From positions 1 to 35,215 of the forward strand of contig DAOUZN010000003.1 in the NCBI GenBank assembly GCA_030665585.1: a stretch of DNA of 35,215 bases, written 5' to 3'. The notes below the pieces were generated by a model. That model had not been told where the DNA came from. It did no database searches and saw only the letters and a program-made list of their open reading frames with translations. Position 1 is the stretch's first letter; the number at the start of each line of letters is the position of its first letter. Source of the stretch: Deltaproteobacteria bacterium. GTDB taxonomy: Bacteria > Desulfobacterota > Desulfobacteria > Desulfobacterales > C00003060. Shown here piece after piece: positions 18,467 through 28,366 of this stretch. The position numbers were made by a program, and so were the translations under genes.

Positions 18467-19606
18467 GTGATGGACGGAACACGAAAGGTCATGATTATTG
18501 CCGGAGAAGCGTCCGGTGACATTCACGGTGCGCGCCTGGTGAAGGCGATGCAGGCACTCAGTCCCGGGCTTGAGTTTTTCGGCATAGGTGGCAGTGTCCT
18601 TCGCCAAGCAGGCGTCCGCATAAGCGTTGATAATTCTCAAATCGCTGTCGTCGGGATTTCGGAAGCCCTCTCAAAGCTTAGAATACTTCTCAGGGCCCTC
18701 AAGATTGCCAAAGAAGATTTGAAAAGAATCCGCCCAGATCTTCTCATTGTTATCGATTTTCCAGATTTTAACCTGCGCGTTGCCACGGTGGCGAGGAAAC
18801 TGGGTATCCCGGTGATGTACTACATTGGCCCTCAGATATGGGCATGGCGCACCGGGAGGGTGAAAAAGATTAAGAAGGTGGTTGACCACATGGTGGTGAT
18901 CTTCCCTTTCGAGGCAGCCTTTTACAGGACAAACCATGTGCCTGTGACCTTTGCAGGGCATCCTTTGCTGGACGGCATGGTGCCCATAAGATCCGGACAG
19001 ACGAAGGAGAATCTTACGGCGAACGGCTCCCTGATAGGACTGTTGCCTGGAAGCCGAAATGAAGAGATTAGACGTCTCCTTCCGACGATGGTTCAGGTCG
19101 CCGATATTCTGTCTGAACACATGCCGGGTATCCGTTTTGCGATACCCGTGGCCTCTTCGGTGGACAGGGCATTGGTGGAGACCATTGCCGAGGGGGGGGC
19201 GACACGGTTTCTGATCCTGTCAGATAGGCTTCGAAACATCCTGGATGAGGCCACGTTGCTTATCACGGCTTCCGGGACGGTGACCCTGGAGGCAGCCATA
19301 GCCGGAACGCCCATGATCATCGTGTATAAAGTGTCTCATTTGAGTTATTGGCTTGCAAAGCGTCTGGTACGGGTCAAACACATTGGCCTGGCCAACCTGG
19401 TCGCTGGTAAGACGGTGGTGCCGGAATTGATTCAGCGCGAAGCCTCGGCAGAGAAGATTGCTGGCCAGGCATTACAGTTGCTCAGAGATGAGAACAGGCT
19501 TGCTGAGATGCGGCACCAACTGAACCGTGTTGCCCAGAGCTTGGGCCCGCCCGGCGCTTCCAAAAGGGCCGCACAGGTTGCGATGAACCTGCTTTCGGGC
19601 AACTGA
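18467..19606 (+). CDS. lpxB: Lipid-A-disaccharide synthase
   Basis: AGEASGD, IDFPDFN, PQIWAWR, FPFE, GHPL, LLPGSR..E, SGTVTLE. Confidence 0.97.
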   Translation: MMDGTRKVMIIAGEASGDIHGARLVKAMQALSPGLEFFGIGGSVLRQAGVRISVDNSQIAVVGISEALSKLRILLRALKIAKEDLKRIRPDLLIVIDFPDFNLRVATVARKLGIPVMYYIGPQIWAWRTGRVKKIKKVVDHMVVIFPFEAAFYRTNHVPVTFAGHPLLDGMVPIRSGQTKENLTANGSLIGLLPGSRNEEIRRLLPTMVQVADILSEHMPGIRFAIPVASSVDRALVETIAEGGATRFLILSDRLRNILDEATLLITASGTVTLEAAIAGTPMIIVYKVSHLSYWLAKRLVRVKHIGLANLVAGKTVVPELIQREASAEKIAGQALQLLRDENRLAEMRHQLNRVAQSLGPPGASKRAAQVAMNLLSGN

Positions 19607-19618
19607 TGGGTCTTTCAT

Positions 19619-20296
19619 ATGGTTGGAGAATCCAATGCAAGGTCCGGGTTGAAGTGGTGGCTGGCCGGCTGGCTGGGGAAAGGTCTGGTAGACTTGATTT
19701 GCGGCACGATGCGGATCCGCGTTGTCGACTTCAACAAGGCCCGGGCGGAGATCGAGTCAAAGAGATTTATCCTAGCCTTCTGGCATTCGAGGATTGTGGC
19801 GATCAGCTACCTTTACCAGGGCTGGGGGGCCGCAATACTGGTCAGCAGCTCTGAGGATGGGGAGATCATGGCACAGATCCTTCAACGCCAAGGTCACGAG
19901 ACCATCCGCGGATCGACGTCACGTCACGGCGTTCGCGCCATGGCCAAGCTTATTAAGACGCTCAATGAAACGATTCGTCCTGGAGGCGTCGTCCCGGACG
20001 GTCCAAGAGGACCGCGGTTCAGGGTTCAGCCCGGCGTCATCACCCTGGCTCAGAAGACGGGCTGTCCTGTTGTGCCGATCAGCTACAGCGCCAAGCGGAT
20101 CAAGATCTTTGCAAGCTGGGATCGGTTTATTCTACCGTATCCTTTCACCGAGGGTCGCCTCATCTACGGCAGGCCCATATCCATGCCTTCTAAACTTGAT
20201 GTGGAGGAACAAGAGGTTTATCGCGTCAGGCTGGAAGAAGAACTTAATCGCATTACAAGGAAAGTAGACCATTACTATGGTCACGAGATAGCGTAG
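19619..20296 (+). CDS. DUF374 lysophospholipid-acyltransferase-family protein (LpxJ-like late lipid A acyltransferase)
   Basis: AFWH, SSSEDGE, IRGSTSRHG, PDGPRGP, SWDRF.LP.PF; located between lpxB and msbA. Confidence 0.85.
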   Translation: MVGESNARSGLKWWLAGWLGKGLVDLICGTMRIRVVDFNKARAEIESKRFILAFWHSRIVAISYLYQGWGAAILVSSSEDGEIMAQILQRQGHETIRGSTSRHGVRAMAKLIKTLNETIRPGGVVPDGPRGPRFRVQPGVITLAQKTGCPVVPISYSAKRIKIFASWDRFILPYPFTEGRLIYGRPISMPSKLDVEEQEVYRVRLEEELNRITRKVDHYYGHEIA

Positions 20297-20310
20297 CGTT
20301 ACGGTCAAAA

Positions 20311-20348
20311 ATCCCCTGTCCGCCTGAGGCGGACTGCGGGGGATCTTC
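20311..20348. repeat. Short REP-like hairpin
   Basis: GTCCGCC-TGA-GGCGGAC stem, flanked by ATCCCC and CTGCGGGGGATCTTC, which resembles the reverse complement of the 10.7-kb element. Confidence 0.55.
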
Positions 20349-20379
20349 AGTCCTTTCCTATTTTTCGTGTGGTGAGGTT

Positions 20380-22164
20380 GTGAGTGACAGAGACAACAGA
20401 GATTTAACGAAGATATGCCACCGGATTTTGGCACTTGTCAAGTCACAGTGGCCTCGCCTCGTCCTGGCCATGTTCTGTATGATGCTGGTAGCAGCGCTTA
20501 TTGCTGCCACGGCCTATCTTGTGAAACCCGTTTTGGACGAGATCTTTGTCAATCGAGACAAGAGGATGCTGCAGCTCCTTCCCCTTGCCATCATCATCAT
20601 CTATGTCCTCAGAGGGGGTGCGTATTTTGGCCAGGCCTATTTGATGAATTATGTGGGGCGTTGTATTATCAAGCGACTCCGTGACGACCTTTACAGTCAC
20701 ATTCAGATGTTGCCCCTGTCCTTTTTCCAGAAACATGAGACCGGTGTCTTGATGGCAAGGATCATGAACGACGTTAACCTTGTGAAGGGGATGGTCTCTG
20801 ATGCGGTCACGGGGGTGTTAAAAGATTTCTTTTCAATCCTAGGCCTCCTGTTTGTCATCTTTTACCGAGACTGGGTCCTGGCCTTGATTGCGATCACTGT
20901 TTTACCAGTGGCTGTGATCCCCATCGTAAAGTTTGGCAGGCGAATGCGGAAGTTGAGCACCCGGTGCCAGGAGGCCATGGCGGATATGAGCTTCCTCCTT
21001 CATGAAACCTTTACAGGCACTAGAATCGTAAAAGCCTTTGGCATGGAAGCCCATGAAAACCGCCGTTTTTTTGAAAAAACCGCTCGTTTGTTTAAATACG
21101 AAATCAAGGCCGTCATCGTCAGGGCCATGTCTTCGCCTGTCATGGAACTGCTGGGCGGCATTGGCATTACGTTTATTATTTGGTACGGCGGACACAAGGT
21201 CATTACAGGCACATCGACACCAGGGACTTTCTTTTCCTTTATGGCGGCCCTGATCATGTTGTATGAGCCGATCAAAAGGATCAGCAGACTGAATAATGTC
21301 ATTCAGGAAGGGCTGGCTGCCGCTGTTCGAATCTATGATATCCTCGACACCGATTCGGACATCCAGGAGTCGCTGGACGCTGTCGCGCTTAAGGGCGGGC
21401 GGCATTCCGTGGTTTTTCGCAATGTTTCTTTCAAGTACGAGGACCAGATGGTCCTCAGAAACATCAACCTTAGGGTTAAGAACGGCGAAATCGTTGCCTT
21501 GGTGGGCATGAGCGGCGGGGGAAAGACCACCTTGGTGAATTTGATTCCTCGCTTTTATGATGTCACCGAAGGGGCGATCCTCATTGACGGGCAGGATGTC
21601 CGGGATGTGAGCATTGCCTCGCTTCGCAGCCACATCGGGATCGTGACCCAAGACCCCATGCTTTTCAATGATACCATTCAAAACAATATTGCCTATGGAA
21701 GACTTGATGCCTCCGAGTCGGACATCGTTGCAGCTGCTAAGGCCGCCTATGCTTATGATTTCATACAGAATTTTCCGGACCGGTTCGGTACTGTGGTGGG
21801 CGAAAAGGGCGTGAGGCTGTCCGGGGGGGAAAAGCAGCGCATCTGCATTGCCCGTGCGCTCTTGAAGAATGCACCTATCTTGATCCTGGATGAAGCGACT
21901 TCTTCACTAGATACTGAGTCGGAGTTAGCCGTTCAGGGTGCCCTCGAAAACCTCATGAAGGGTCGCACGACCCTTATCATCGCCCACAGGCTCTCCACGA
22001 TTCGACACGCTGATCGGATCATCGTGATTGTGAACGGAAGGATTGTAGAAGAGGGCAAACACGAAGAACTCTTGGCTCTCCATGGCGAGTATTTTAAACT
22101 TCACGACATGCAATTTGAAAACAACAACGATCAAAAGGCACATGAAAGTCAACAGCACGGTTAA
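20380..22164 (+). CDS. msbA: Lipid A/LPS flippase ABC transporter MsbA
   Basis: TMD plus NBD; GMSGGGKTT, LIPRFYD, LSGGEKQR, ILDEATSSLD, IAHRLST; lipid A gene context. Confidence 0.92.
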   Translation: MSDRDNRDLTKICHRILALVKSQWPRLVLAMFCMMLVAALIAATAYLVKPVLDEIFVNRDKRMLQLLPLAIIIIYVLRGGAYFGQAYLMNYVGRCIIKRLRDDLYSHIQMLPLSFFQKHETGVLMARIMNDVNLVKGMVSDAVTGVLKDFFSILGLLFVIFYRDWVLALIAITVLPVAVIPIVKFGRRMRKLSTRCQEAMADMSFLLHETFTGTRIVKAFGMEAHENRRFFEKTARLFKYEIKAVIVRAMSSPVMELLGGIGITFIIWYGGHKVITGTSTPGTFFSFMAALIMLYEPIKRISRLNNVIQEGLAAAVRIYDILDTDSDIQESLDAVALKGGRHSVVFRNVSFKYEDQMVLRNINLRVKNGEIVALVGMSGGGKTTLVNLIPRFYDVTEGAILIDGQDVRDVSIASLRSHIGIVTQDPMLFNDTIQNNIAYGRLDASESDIVAAAKAAYAYDFIQNFPDRFGTVVGEKGVRLSGGEKQRICIARALLKNAPILILDEATSSLDTESELAVQGALENLMKGRTTLIIAHRLSTIRHADRIIVIVNGRIVEEGKHEELLALHGEYFKLHDMQFENNNDQKAHESQQHG

Positions 22165-23317
22165 CAGATATATTTTTGGGGAGATGATACCGCCCTTTGT
22201 CATCAGCTTGATCTTGTTCACTTTCATTTTTTTGATGGCCAGGATACTCCGTATTACCGATCTCATCGTGAACTATGGCGTCAGTCTGTCGTCCGTCCTC
22301 CTCCTGTTGATTTACGCCACGCCTTCTTTCCTGATTTTTGTTCTTCCGATGTCCATCATGATGGGTGTGCTCCTGGGTTTCCTGAGGTTGTCTCACGACA
22401 ATGAGGTCATTGCCTTGAAAGCAGGTGGGTTTAGTGTCTACTGGCTTCTTCCTCCTGTTTTTGTTTTTTGTCTCATCGGGTGTTTGTTGACCGGCTTTGT
22501 CTCTATATACGGCTCTCCGCGGGGAAGACTTTCTTCCAAGGCCTTACTGCTTAAAACCGCAACATCGAACATTGACATAGGGTTAAAAGAGAGGACGTTC
22601 ATCGACCGTTTTAGTGGTGTTATGCTTTATGTGAGTCAAATCGATACGCAGGACAAGACCCTCATCGATGTCTTCATTGAAGACCGGCAAACGCCGGGAA
22701 TGGTAAACACGGTTATTGCGCCCAGGGGGAAGTTTCTCTTCGATGCGGAAAGCCTTACCTTCCAGTTGTCACTGTTCAATGGGATGATCAATGAAGTCGA
22801 TCAGAAGAATGGGACCGTACATTCTATTAGCTTCGACACCTATGATTTTAACCTTAACCTCGCCCGGGTTCTGTCTGCAAGAGAGCAAGGCCAAAAGGGC
22901 AGAAAAGAAATGAGTTTGGTAGAATTACGCCAGAGTCTAGAGGCCGCTAGCAGGAAAGATGCAAAATACTACTTGACCTTGATGGAATATCACAAGAAAT
23001 TTTCCATCCCCTTTGCGTGTTTTGTCCTTGGACTGGTCGCAGTTCCCTTGGGGATTCAATCAAGATCTGCAAAGAGGTCTTTTGGCATGGTTCTGGGTTT
23101 GCTCTTCTTTCTCATTTATTATGTGTTGATGTCCGTGGGCATGGTTCTTGGTGAGACCGGGGCGTGTCCGCCCGTTATCGGCATGTGGGGCCCCAACTTG
23201 GTGATGGGCACGATTGGTATGTACCTTCTCCTCTCGAGCGCAAAGGAGCGCCCCCTAAAGGCCATTTCACTATTGCCAAGGATATTCATGTCACCTAAAT
23301 CAGCGTGCATAGAGTAA
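22142..23317 (+). CDS. lptF: LPS export ABC permease LptF
   Basis: NRYIFGE, RLSHDNEVIALKAGG, EYHKKFSIPF, WGPN; ATG 22142 overlaps the msbA end. Confidence 0.9.
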   Translation: MKVNSTVNRYIFGEMIPPFVISLILFTFIFLMARILRITDLIVNYGVSLSSVLLLLIYATPSFLIFVLPMSIMMGVLLGFLRLSHDNEVIALKAGGFSVYWLLPPVFVFCLIGCLLTGFVSIYGSPRGRLSSKALLLKTATSNIDIGLKERTFIDRFSGVMLYVSQIDTQDKTLIDVFIEDRQTPGMVNTVIAPRGKFLFDAESLTFQLSLFNGMINEVDQKNGTVHSISFDTYDFNLNLARVLSAREQGQKGRKEMSLVELRQSLEAASRKDAKYYLTLMEYHKKFSIPFACFVLGLVAVPLGIQSRSAKRSFGMVLGLLFFLIYYVLMSVGMVLGETGACPPVIGMWGPNLVMGTIGMYLLLSSAKERPLKAISLLPRIFMSPKSACIE

Positions 23318-23468
23318 TTTTCATCTGCAAGGAGCCGCTTGTCCGTCCACGCGCTTTTCCACTCCGAGACATGACATATTCCAGGATGGTTTATATTGAG
23401 GCCGGTTTCACCCGTATGGACTGCATGGCCCGGTGCGAGCAGTTTTCGCTCCAACATGATCGGACAGG

Positions 23469-24566
23469 ATGGGGATTGCAAAAGTGAGTCTTTCGACCAT
23501 CCACAGGTACTTGACCAAGGAATTGCTGAAGTACTTCTGTTTTGTACTCATGGCTGTTGTGGGCATCTATCTTGCCGTCGATTTCTTTGAAAAGGTAGAC
23601 GATTTCTTGGACGCCGAGGTGCCCCTCTCGAAGCTCGTTGTCTTTTTCGCACTCAGGATTCCTTTCATAGTGGCCCAGGTAACGCCAGTGGGCGTTTTAC
23701 TGGCTGTGCTCATCGTCTTTGGCCTCATGGTCCGGAATAACGAGATAGTGGCCTTGAAAAGCGGCGGAGTGAGGATCTCTTCCCTGTTCAAGCCTGTCCT
23801 TGTGACGGGATTAACATTTAGTGTCCTTGTTTTTTTCTTTAGCGAGGTGTTGGTCCCGATGACCATGGTGAGGGCAAATAAAATATGGCAAAGCGACGTG
23901 AGGAAAGGATCCGCGGTGGCTTCCAGGAAGAAGAATATCTGGATCAAAGGCAACCACGCCATTTTCCATATTACCTATTTCAATCCCTCGGATAAAACCA
24001 TATTCGGCGTGACGCTGAATTATTTTGACGGGCGCTTCCGCTTAGTCGGACGGGTGGATGCTGAAAAGGGTATTTACACGGGAGATAGATGGCGCTTATT
24101 CAATGTGGTTGAACAGGATCTGTTGACAGAGGATGGAAGCTACAAGGTATCGTGTCTAGAAGAAATCTCTGTAAAGCTCGAGTTTGTGCCAGAAGATCTG
24201 CTTACGGTTGTCAAGAAGCCTGAAGAAATGAGTTACAGCGAACTGGCTGCCTATATACAGAAGGTTGAAGAAGAAGGATACGATGCGACAAGCTATCGGG
24301 TTGACCTCATGGCCAAAATATCTTTTCCATTTGTTTGTGTGATCATGAGCTTGGTGGGGACTAGTTTAGCCTTCTGGAGAAAAAAGAAAGAAGGGTTCGC
24401 TGGGAGTATTGTTTACGGTATTGGGATGGCATTTCTCTATTGGACCCTTCACAGCTTCTGTTTGTCCCTGGGATATGGCGCGATGTTGCCACCTATCATA
24501 GCAGCATGGCTAACCAATGTGCTATTTGTATGTTTCGGCGTCGTCACATTACTCAAGGCCAACTGA
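23469..24566 (+). CDS. lptG: LPS export ABC permease LptG
   Basis: IHRYLTKE, NNEIVALKSGG, PEEMSYSEL, KISFPF, AAWLTN; start may be GTG at 23484. Confidence 0.9.
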   Translation: MGIAKVSLSTIHRYLTKELLKYFCFVLMAVVGIYLAVDFFEKVDDFLDAEVPLSKLVVFFALRIPFIVAQVTPVGVLLAVLIVFGLMVRNNEIVALKSGGVRISSLFKPVLVTGLTFSVLVFFFSEVLVPMTMVRANKIWQSDVRKGSAVASRKKNIWIKGNHAIFHITYFNPSDKTIFGVTLNYFDGRFRLVGRVDAEKGIYTGDRWRLFNVVEQDLLTEDGSYKVSCLEEISVKLEFVPEDLLTVVKKPEEMSYSELAAYIQKVEEEGYDATSYRVDLMAKISFPFVCVIMSLVGTSLAFWRKKKEGFAGSIVYGIGMAFLYWTLHSFCLSLGYGAMLPPIIAAWLTNVLFVCFGVVTLLKAN

Positions 24567-24633
24567 GCGAACCTTAAGGCTTCGCCCCCATTGGAGCCAT
24601 GTCGTTTATGCAACATTAGGGTAGAGTCAGGTT

Positions 24634-25914
24634 GTGATTATTTTGTACAATATCTTGTTTTCGATAACCATCGTCTTGGCCCTTCCCTTCATTTTTGTGA
24701 AGGTACTGACCTCTGAGAAGAGGCAAAAAACGGTTATCCGGCGCTTGCGCCCGGAAGCTTGCATCAGGGCCTCTGGGGCAAGACCCGTCTGGATTCACGC
24801 CCTTTCCGTGGGTGAGGTTCTGGCTTCCTCGTCCCTAATAAAACAGATAAAGAAGATTTGCGCCCGGCGGCCAGTCGTACTTTCAGTTTCGACGCTTACT
24901 GGTCATGAGGTTGCCAAGAGGCTACTTAAAAGCGATGTGGATGCTATCTTCTTTTTTCCCTATGACTTGGTCTGGTCGGTTAGAAAGACCACTGGATCTG
25001 TCGACCCTGGCATATTCATCCTGGTGGAGTCAGATATCTGGCCAAATTTCACATATGAGATGAAACGACGGCAGATTCCCTTCATCCTCGTTAACGGGAG
25101 GGTCTCACCCAGGTCTTTTTCGGGATACATGCGGCTTTCTTTTTTTATGAAACGTGTGTTTTTTAATATCTCAAGCATTTGCGCTCAGACTGAGATGGAT
25201 GCCAGACGGTTTGTTGCCCTTGGTGCGGCGCCGGACAGGGTTCACGTGACCGGAAATATCAAGTTTGATCAGCCACTGATCTCTGTCTCAGAAGAGGAAG
25301 TCGGGGAGCTAAGAGCGTCCGTGAGGATTAGCCCAACGGCTCGGGTATTTGTGGCCGGAAGCACCCATGAGGGAGAAGAGGCGATTCTTTTGCGTTGCTT
25401 TGAAGCCCTGAAAAGGGACTACCCGGACCTCGTCTTGGTGGTGGTGCCGCGGGACCCCAGACGGGCTGGGAGCGTCCAAGGGATGTTTAAGCAGGCTGGA
25501 CTTTTTGCCCCTTTGAGAACAGAATTGGGCAAGATGGATGTCGGCTTTGCACCAGAAGCCATCATTGTCGATACGATCGGAGAGCTGAGAAGACTTTATG
25601 CTATAGCCCATGTCGTCTTTGTGGGGAAAAGTCTGATCAATCTCGGCGGGCAGAATCCTCTGGAGCCTGCGGCTTTGAAAAAACCCATCGTCTTTGGGCC
25701 GCATATGTTCAATTTTGGACTCATTGCCGAACGTCTTGTCCGACAGGGGGGGGCTTTGCAGGTGGCAAACGAGGAGGAACTGCTGCGAGCGGTCAAAAAC
25801 CTGTTGGCTGACCCCAAGCGTTCCAACGCCATGGGGAAGAAGGCATATAACGTGTTTCATATGAACCGAGGGGCGCTTGAGAAGACCCTCGCTGTGATTG
25901 AGGGCTTTCTATAA
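24634..25914 (+). CDS. waaA: Kdo transferase
   Basis: WIHALSVGE, FPYD, ESDIWPN, TGNIKFD, AGSTHEGEE, DTIGEL, GGQNPLEPA, GPHMFNF. Confidence 0.96.
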   Translation: MIILYNILFSITIVLALPFIFVKVLTSEKRQKTVIRRLRPEACIRASGARPVWIHALSVGEVLASSSLIKQIKKICARRPVVLSVSTLTGHEVAKRLLKSDVDAIFFFPYDLVWSVRKTTGSVDPGIFILVESDIWPNFTYEMKRRQIPFILVNGRVSPRSFSGYMRLSFFMKRVFFNISSICAQTEMDARRFVALGAAPDRVHVTGNIKFDQPLISVSEEEVGELRASVRISPTARVFVAGSTHEGEEAILLRCFEALKRDYPDLVLVVVPRDPRRAGSVQGMFKQAGLFAPLRTELGKMDVGFAPEAIIVDTIGELRRLYAIAHVVFVGKSLINLGGQNPLEPAALKKPIVFGPHMFNFGLIAERLVRQGGALQVANEEELLRAVKNLLADPKRSNAMGKKAYNVFHMNRGALEKTLAVIEGFL

Positions 25915-25916
25915 CC

Positions 25917-27062
25917 ATGCATTCTCTCCGACCCAAGATAGAGCGGGTCATGATTGAAGGAGACGCGGCTTCTCCAGCCTTTTCATCAGCTTTTGAATGG
26001 ATGCTTTACGCCTGTTCCCAGCTGTACCAACTAGCGGTAAGCGTTAGGATTTATCTATATGAGCGTGAGATTTTTAGCCAGAACAGCCTGCCGTGCAAGG
26101 TGGTATCCATAGGCAATATAACCGTGGGGGGCACTGGGAAGACCCCTATGGTGTCCTATGTGGCAAATCTGTTGAGTGGGCTTGGTCTCAAGGTGGCGGT
26201 TATCAGCCGGGGATACGGGGGCCATGCCCAACGGTCGGGAGGCATTGTTTCAGACGGCAAGACCACATTGATGGGACCCCGGGCCTCAGGGGACGAGCCT
26301 CAGCTTCTAGCTTCAAGGCTCAAGGGAATCCCTTTGCTTGTTGGAAAGGACCGCTATCTGGCCGGCAAACAGGCCATGAGCAGGTTCGGGGCATCCGTCC
26401 TGGTCCTTGATGATGGTTTTCAGCACCTGGCCTTGAAAAGGGATGTGGACCTATTGCTTATTGACAGCGCCCGGCCTTTTGGAAACGGTCATTGCGTGCC
26501 AAGGGGGCCACTGCGAGAACCTGTGAGCGGGATAAAGAGGGCCAGTGCTTTCGTCCTGACCCGATGGACAGGGGACAGCCCGTTGAACCGACAGCGCGAT
26601 GTACTCGAGGCCCATGCCCCGGGACGTCCGATTTTCAAATGTATGCATGTGCCTGAGACGCTGTTCGTGGCCGGACAAGAAAAGCCGATCGACTTAGCCA
26701 CCTTGAAGGGGCAAAGGCTTTTTGCATTTTCGGGCATTGCGAGAAACGAGGCCTTTCGTGAAACCGTTTCCAGCCTTGGAGGGGACGTCATTGGCTTCCT
26801 TGAGTTTTCAGACCATCATCGGTATACGAAGGATGATGTGGAATCCATTTGGAAAGGCGCCACGGACAAGGGCGTCGACGGCATCATTACAACGGAGAAG
26901 GATCTGGTCAATTTGGGCACCGACACGCCATCCATGCCGCTACTGTTGGTGCTGGGAATTCGCATCTCCTTTGGGGATGATGCAGAAGCGTTTGCGAGCT
27001 ACTTGAAGACCAAAATGATGGGGAACCCTCATATCGGGCGAGCCCTTCGCAAAAAGGGGTAA
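25917..27062 (+). CDS. lpxK: Tetraacyldisaccharide 4'-kinase
   Basis: SIGNITVGGTGKTP, SRGYG, GDEP, LDDGFQH, PRGPLRE, DHHRY, TTEKD. Confidence 0.96.
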   Translation: MHSLRPKIERVMIEGDAASPAFSSAFEWMLYACSQLYQLAVSVRIYLYEREIFSQNSLPCKVVSIGNITVGGTGKTPMVSYVANLLSGLGLKVAVISRGYGGHAQRSGGIVSDGKTTLMGPRASGDEPQLLASRLKGIPLLVGKDRYLAGKQAMSRFGASVLVLDDGFQHLALKRDVDLLLIDSARPFGNGHCVPRGPLREPVSGIKRASAFVLTRWTGDSPLNRQRDVLEAHAPGRPIFKCMHVPETLFVAGQEKPIDLATLKGQRLFAFSGIARNEAFRETVSSLGGDVIGFLEFSDHHRYTKDDVESIWKGATDKGVDGIITTEKDLVNLGTDTPSMPLLLVLGIRISFGDDAEAFASYLKTKMMGNPHIGRALRKKG

Positions 27063-27109
27063 CGAAGCCGCCCATGTTGAGCTGTAGGCTGCCGTGTATG
27101 CATAAAAGA

Positions 27110-27301
27110 TGATGGTTTCGTAAAAAGTCGATTTTACTCACTCCGTGAACATTTTGGGGGCCCTTGAGATATTCAGCTAAAATGCTAAAACTCGGGCTAA
27201 CACCCTCAAACAGTTAGCATTTTTTAACGCTGAATATCTCATGTGCCTTTATCCCAAAATGCTCAATGTCGTTCGCAAAACACTTTTTACGAGTCTGTCA
27301 A
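27110..27301 (-). repeat. Copy 3 (full length, inverted orientation) of ~190-nt palindromic element
   Basis: Begins TGATGGTTTCGTAAAAAGTC and ends CACTTTTTACGAGTCTGTCAA; its reverse complement aligns along its length with 6898-7089. Confidence 0.95.
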
Positions 27302-27327
27302 AGGTAGGCGGAGAAGGGGGGACAATT

Positions 27328-28269
27328 TTGAAGGCATTGGTGACAGGGGCAGCAGGGTTTATCGGGTCCCATCTGAGTGAATACCTGATTGAAAAGGGAT
27401 TGAGGGTCGTGGGTATCGATAGTTTTATGGATTACTATCCCAGATCTATAAAGGAAACAAATATTGCCGGGATGAGCAGCGATGAGCATTTTGAGTTCAT
27501 AGAAGGGAGTCTTCTAGACGTCGACTTGTCAAAGCTTTTAGATGGCGTTGATGTTGTGTTTCATCAAGCAGCTCAAGCCGGCGTGCGGGCGAGCTGGGGC
27601 CAGAGCTTCAAGATCTATACCGACAACAATATCCTTGCCACGCAGATGCTCCTTGAGGCGTGCAAAGAAAGCCCGGTCGAAAAATTCGTTTATGCCTCCT
27701 CCTCTTCCGTTTACGGAGATACAAGAGATCTGCCCATGAGGGAATCGTCCCTGCCGTATCCAGTCTCACCATACGGTGTTTCAAAGTTGGCTGCCGAACA
27801 CCTTTGCTGTCTATACTACAGAAATTTTGGGATACCAACGGTGTCACTCCGATATTTTACGGTCTATGGCGCCAGGCAGCGGCCGGATATGGCCTTCCAT
27901 CGTTTCCTGAGATGGGCGTTGGAGGGCAGCGCCCTTGAGGTATATGGGGATGGCCGTCAGAGCAGGGACTTCACTCATGTGGACGACATCGTGGAAGCCA
28001 ACTGGCTGGCCTTGGAAAAAGGTTTGCCTGGAGAAGTCTTCAATGTTGGAGGAGGCTCTCGGGTCACCTTAAACGAGGTCATCGAGATGATGAAAGCGAT
28101 GGTGGACCAGGAGCTTGAGGTACATTATGAGGGTGTACAAAAAGGGGACGTGCGACACACCTTCGCGGACATAACCAAGGCCGAGAACAAACTGGGCTAC
28201 AAGCCGAAGATGTCCATTCAGGATGGGCTCCAGAGGGAATATGAGTGGATTCAGAGTCTGGTCAAATAG
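27328..28269 (+). CDS. NAD-dependent nucleotide-sugar epimerase (extended SDR; UDP-glucuronate/UDP-glucose 4-epimerase-like)
   Basis: TGAAGFIG, HQAAQAGVR, ASSSSVYG, YGVSK, RYFTVYG.RQRPDMA, RDFT, GDV.HT.AD; TTG 27328 with G-rich RBS (the ORF-track start is inside the repeat). Confidence 0.9.
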   Translation: MKALVTGAAGFIGSHLSEYLIEKGLRVVGIDSFMDYYPRSIKETNIAGMSSDEHFEFIEGSLLDVDLSKLLDGVDVVFHQAAQAGVRASWGQSFKIYTDNNILATQMLLEACKESPVEKFVYASSSSVYGDTRDLPMRESSLPYPVSPYGVSKLAAEHLCCLYYRNFGIPTVSLRYFTVYGARQRPDMAFHRFLRWALEGSALEVYGDGRQSRDFTHVDDIVEANWLALEKGLPGEVFNVGGGSRVTLNEVIEMMKAMVDQELEVHYEGVQKGDVRHTFADITKAENKLGYKPKMSIQDGLQREYEWIQSLVK

Positions 28270-28366
28270 CTATGTGGTTGACTAGCTGCGTCGTCATTTG
28301 TGAATGGGCAATAGAGAATTTTGACCGCTCAACCAGTTAACGGTTTCTACGAAAGGAGGTCCAATC

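Noticed and set aside
18209-18470. Short ORFs filling the gnnA-lpxB gap
   Set aside because: No RBS or motifs, atypical composition, and several frames equally open
14013-21681. Long antisense ORFs (14013-14867, 16473-17198, 20902-21681)
   Set aside because: They lie opposite well-supported lpxD, lpxI and msbA genes; typical codon-bias shadows
23305-23487. 60-aa ORF between lptF and lptG
   Set aside because: No RBS or motif, and it overlaps both neighbours
1-27301. The repeats as a CRISPR array or autonomous IS
   Set aside because: Copies are dispersed and ~190 nt long, with no repeat-spacer periodicity, cas genes or transposase ORF
27241-27327. 29-aa N-terminal extension of the epimerase
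   Set aside because: Starts inside repeat copy 3; the Rossmann motif begins right after TTG 27328
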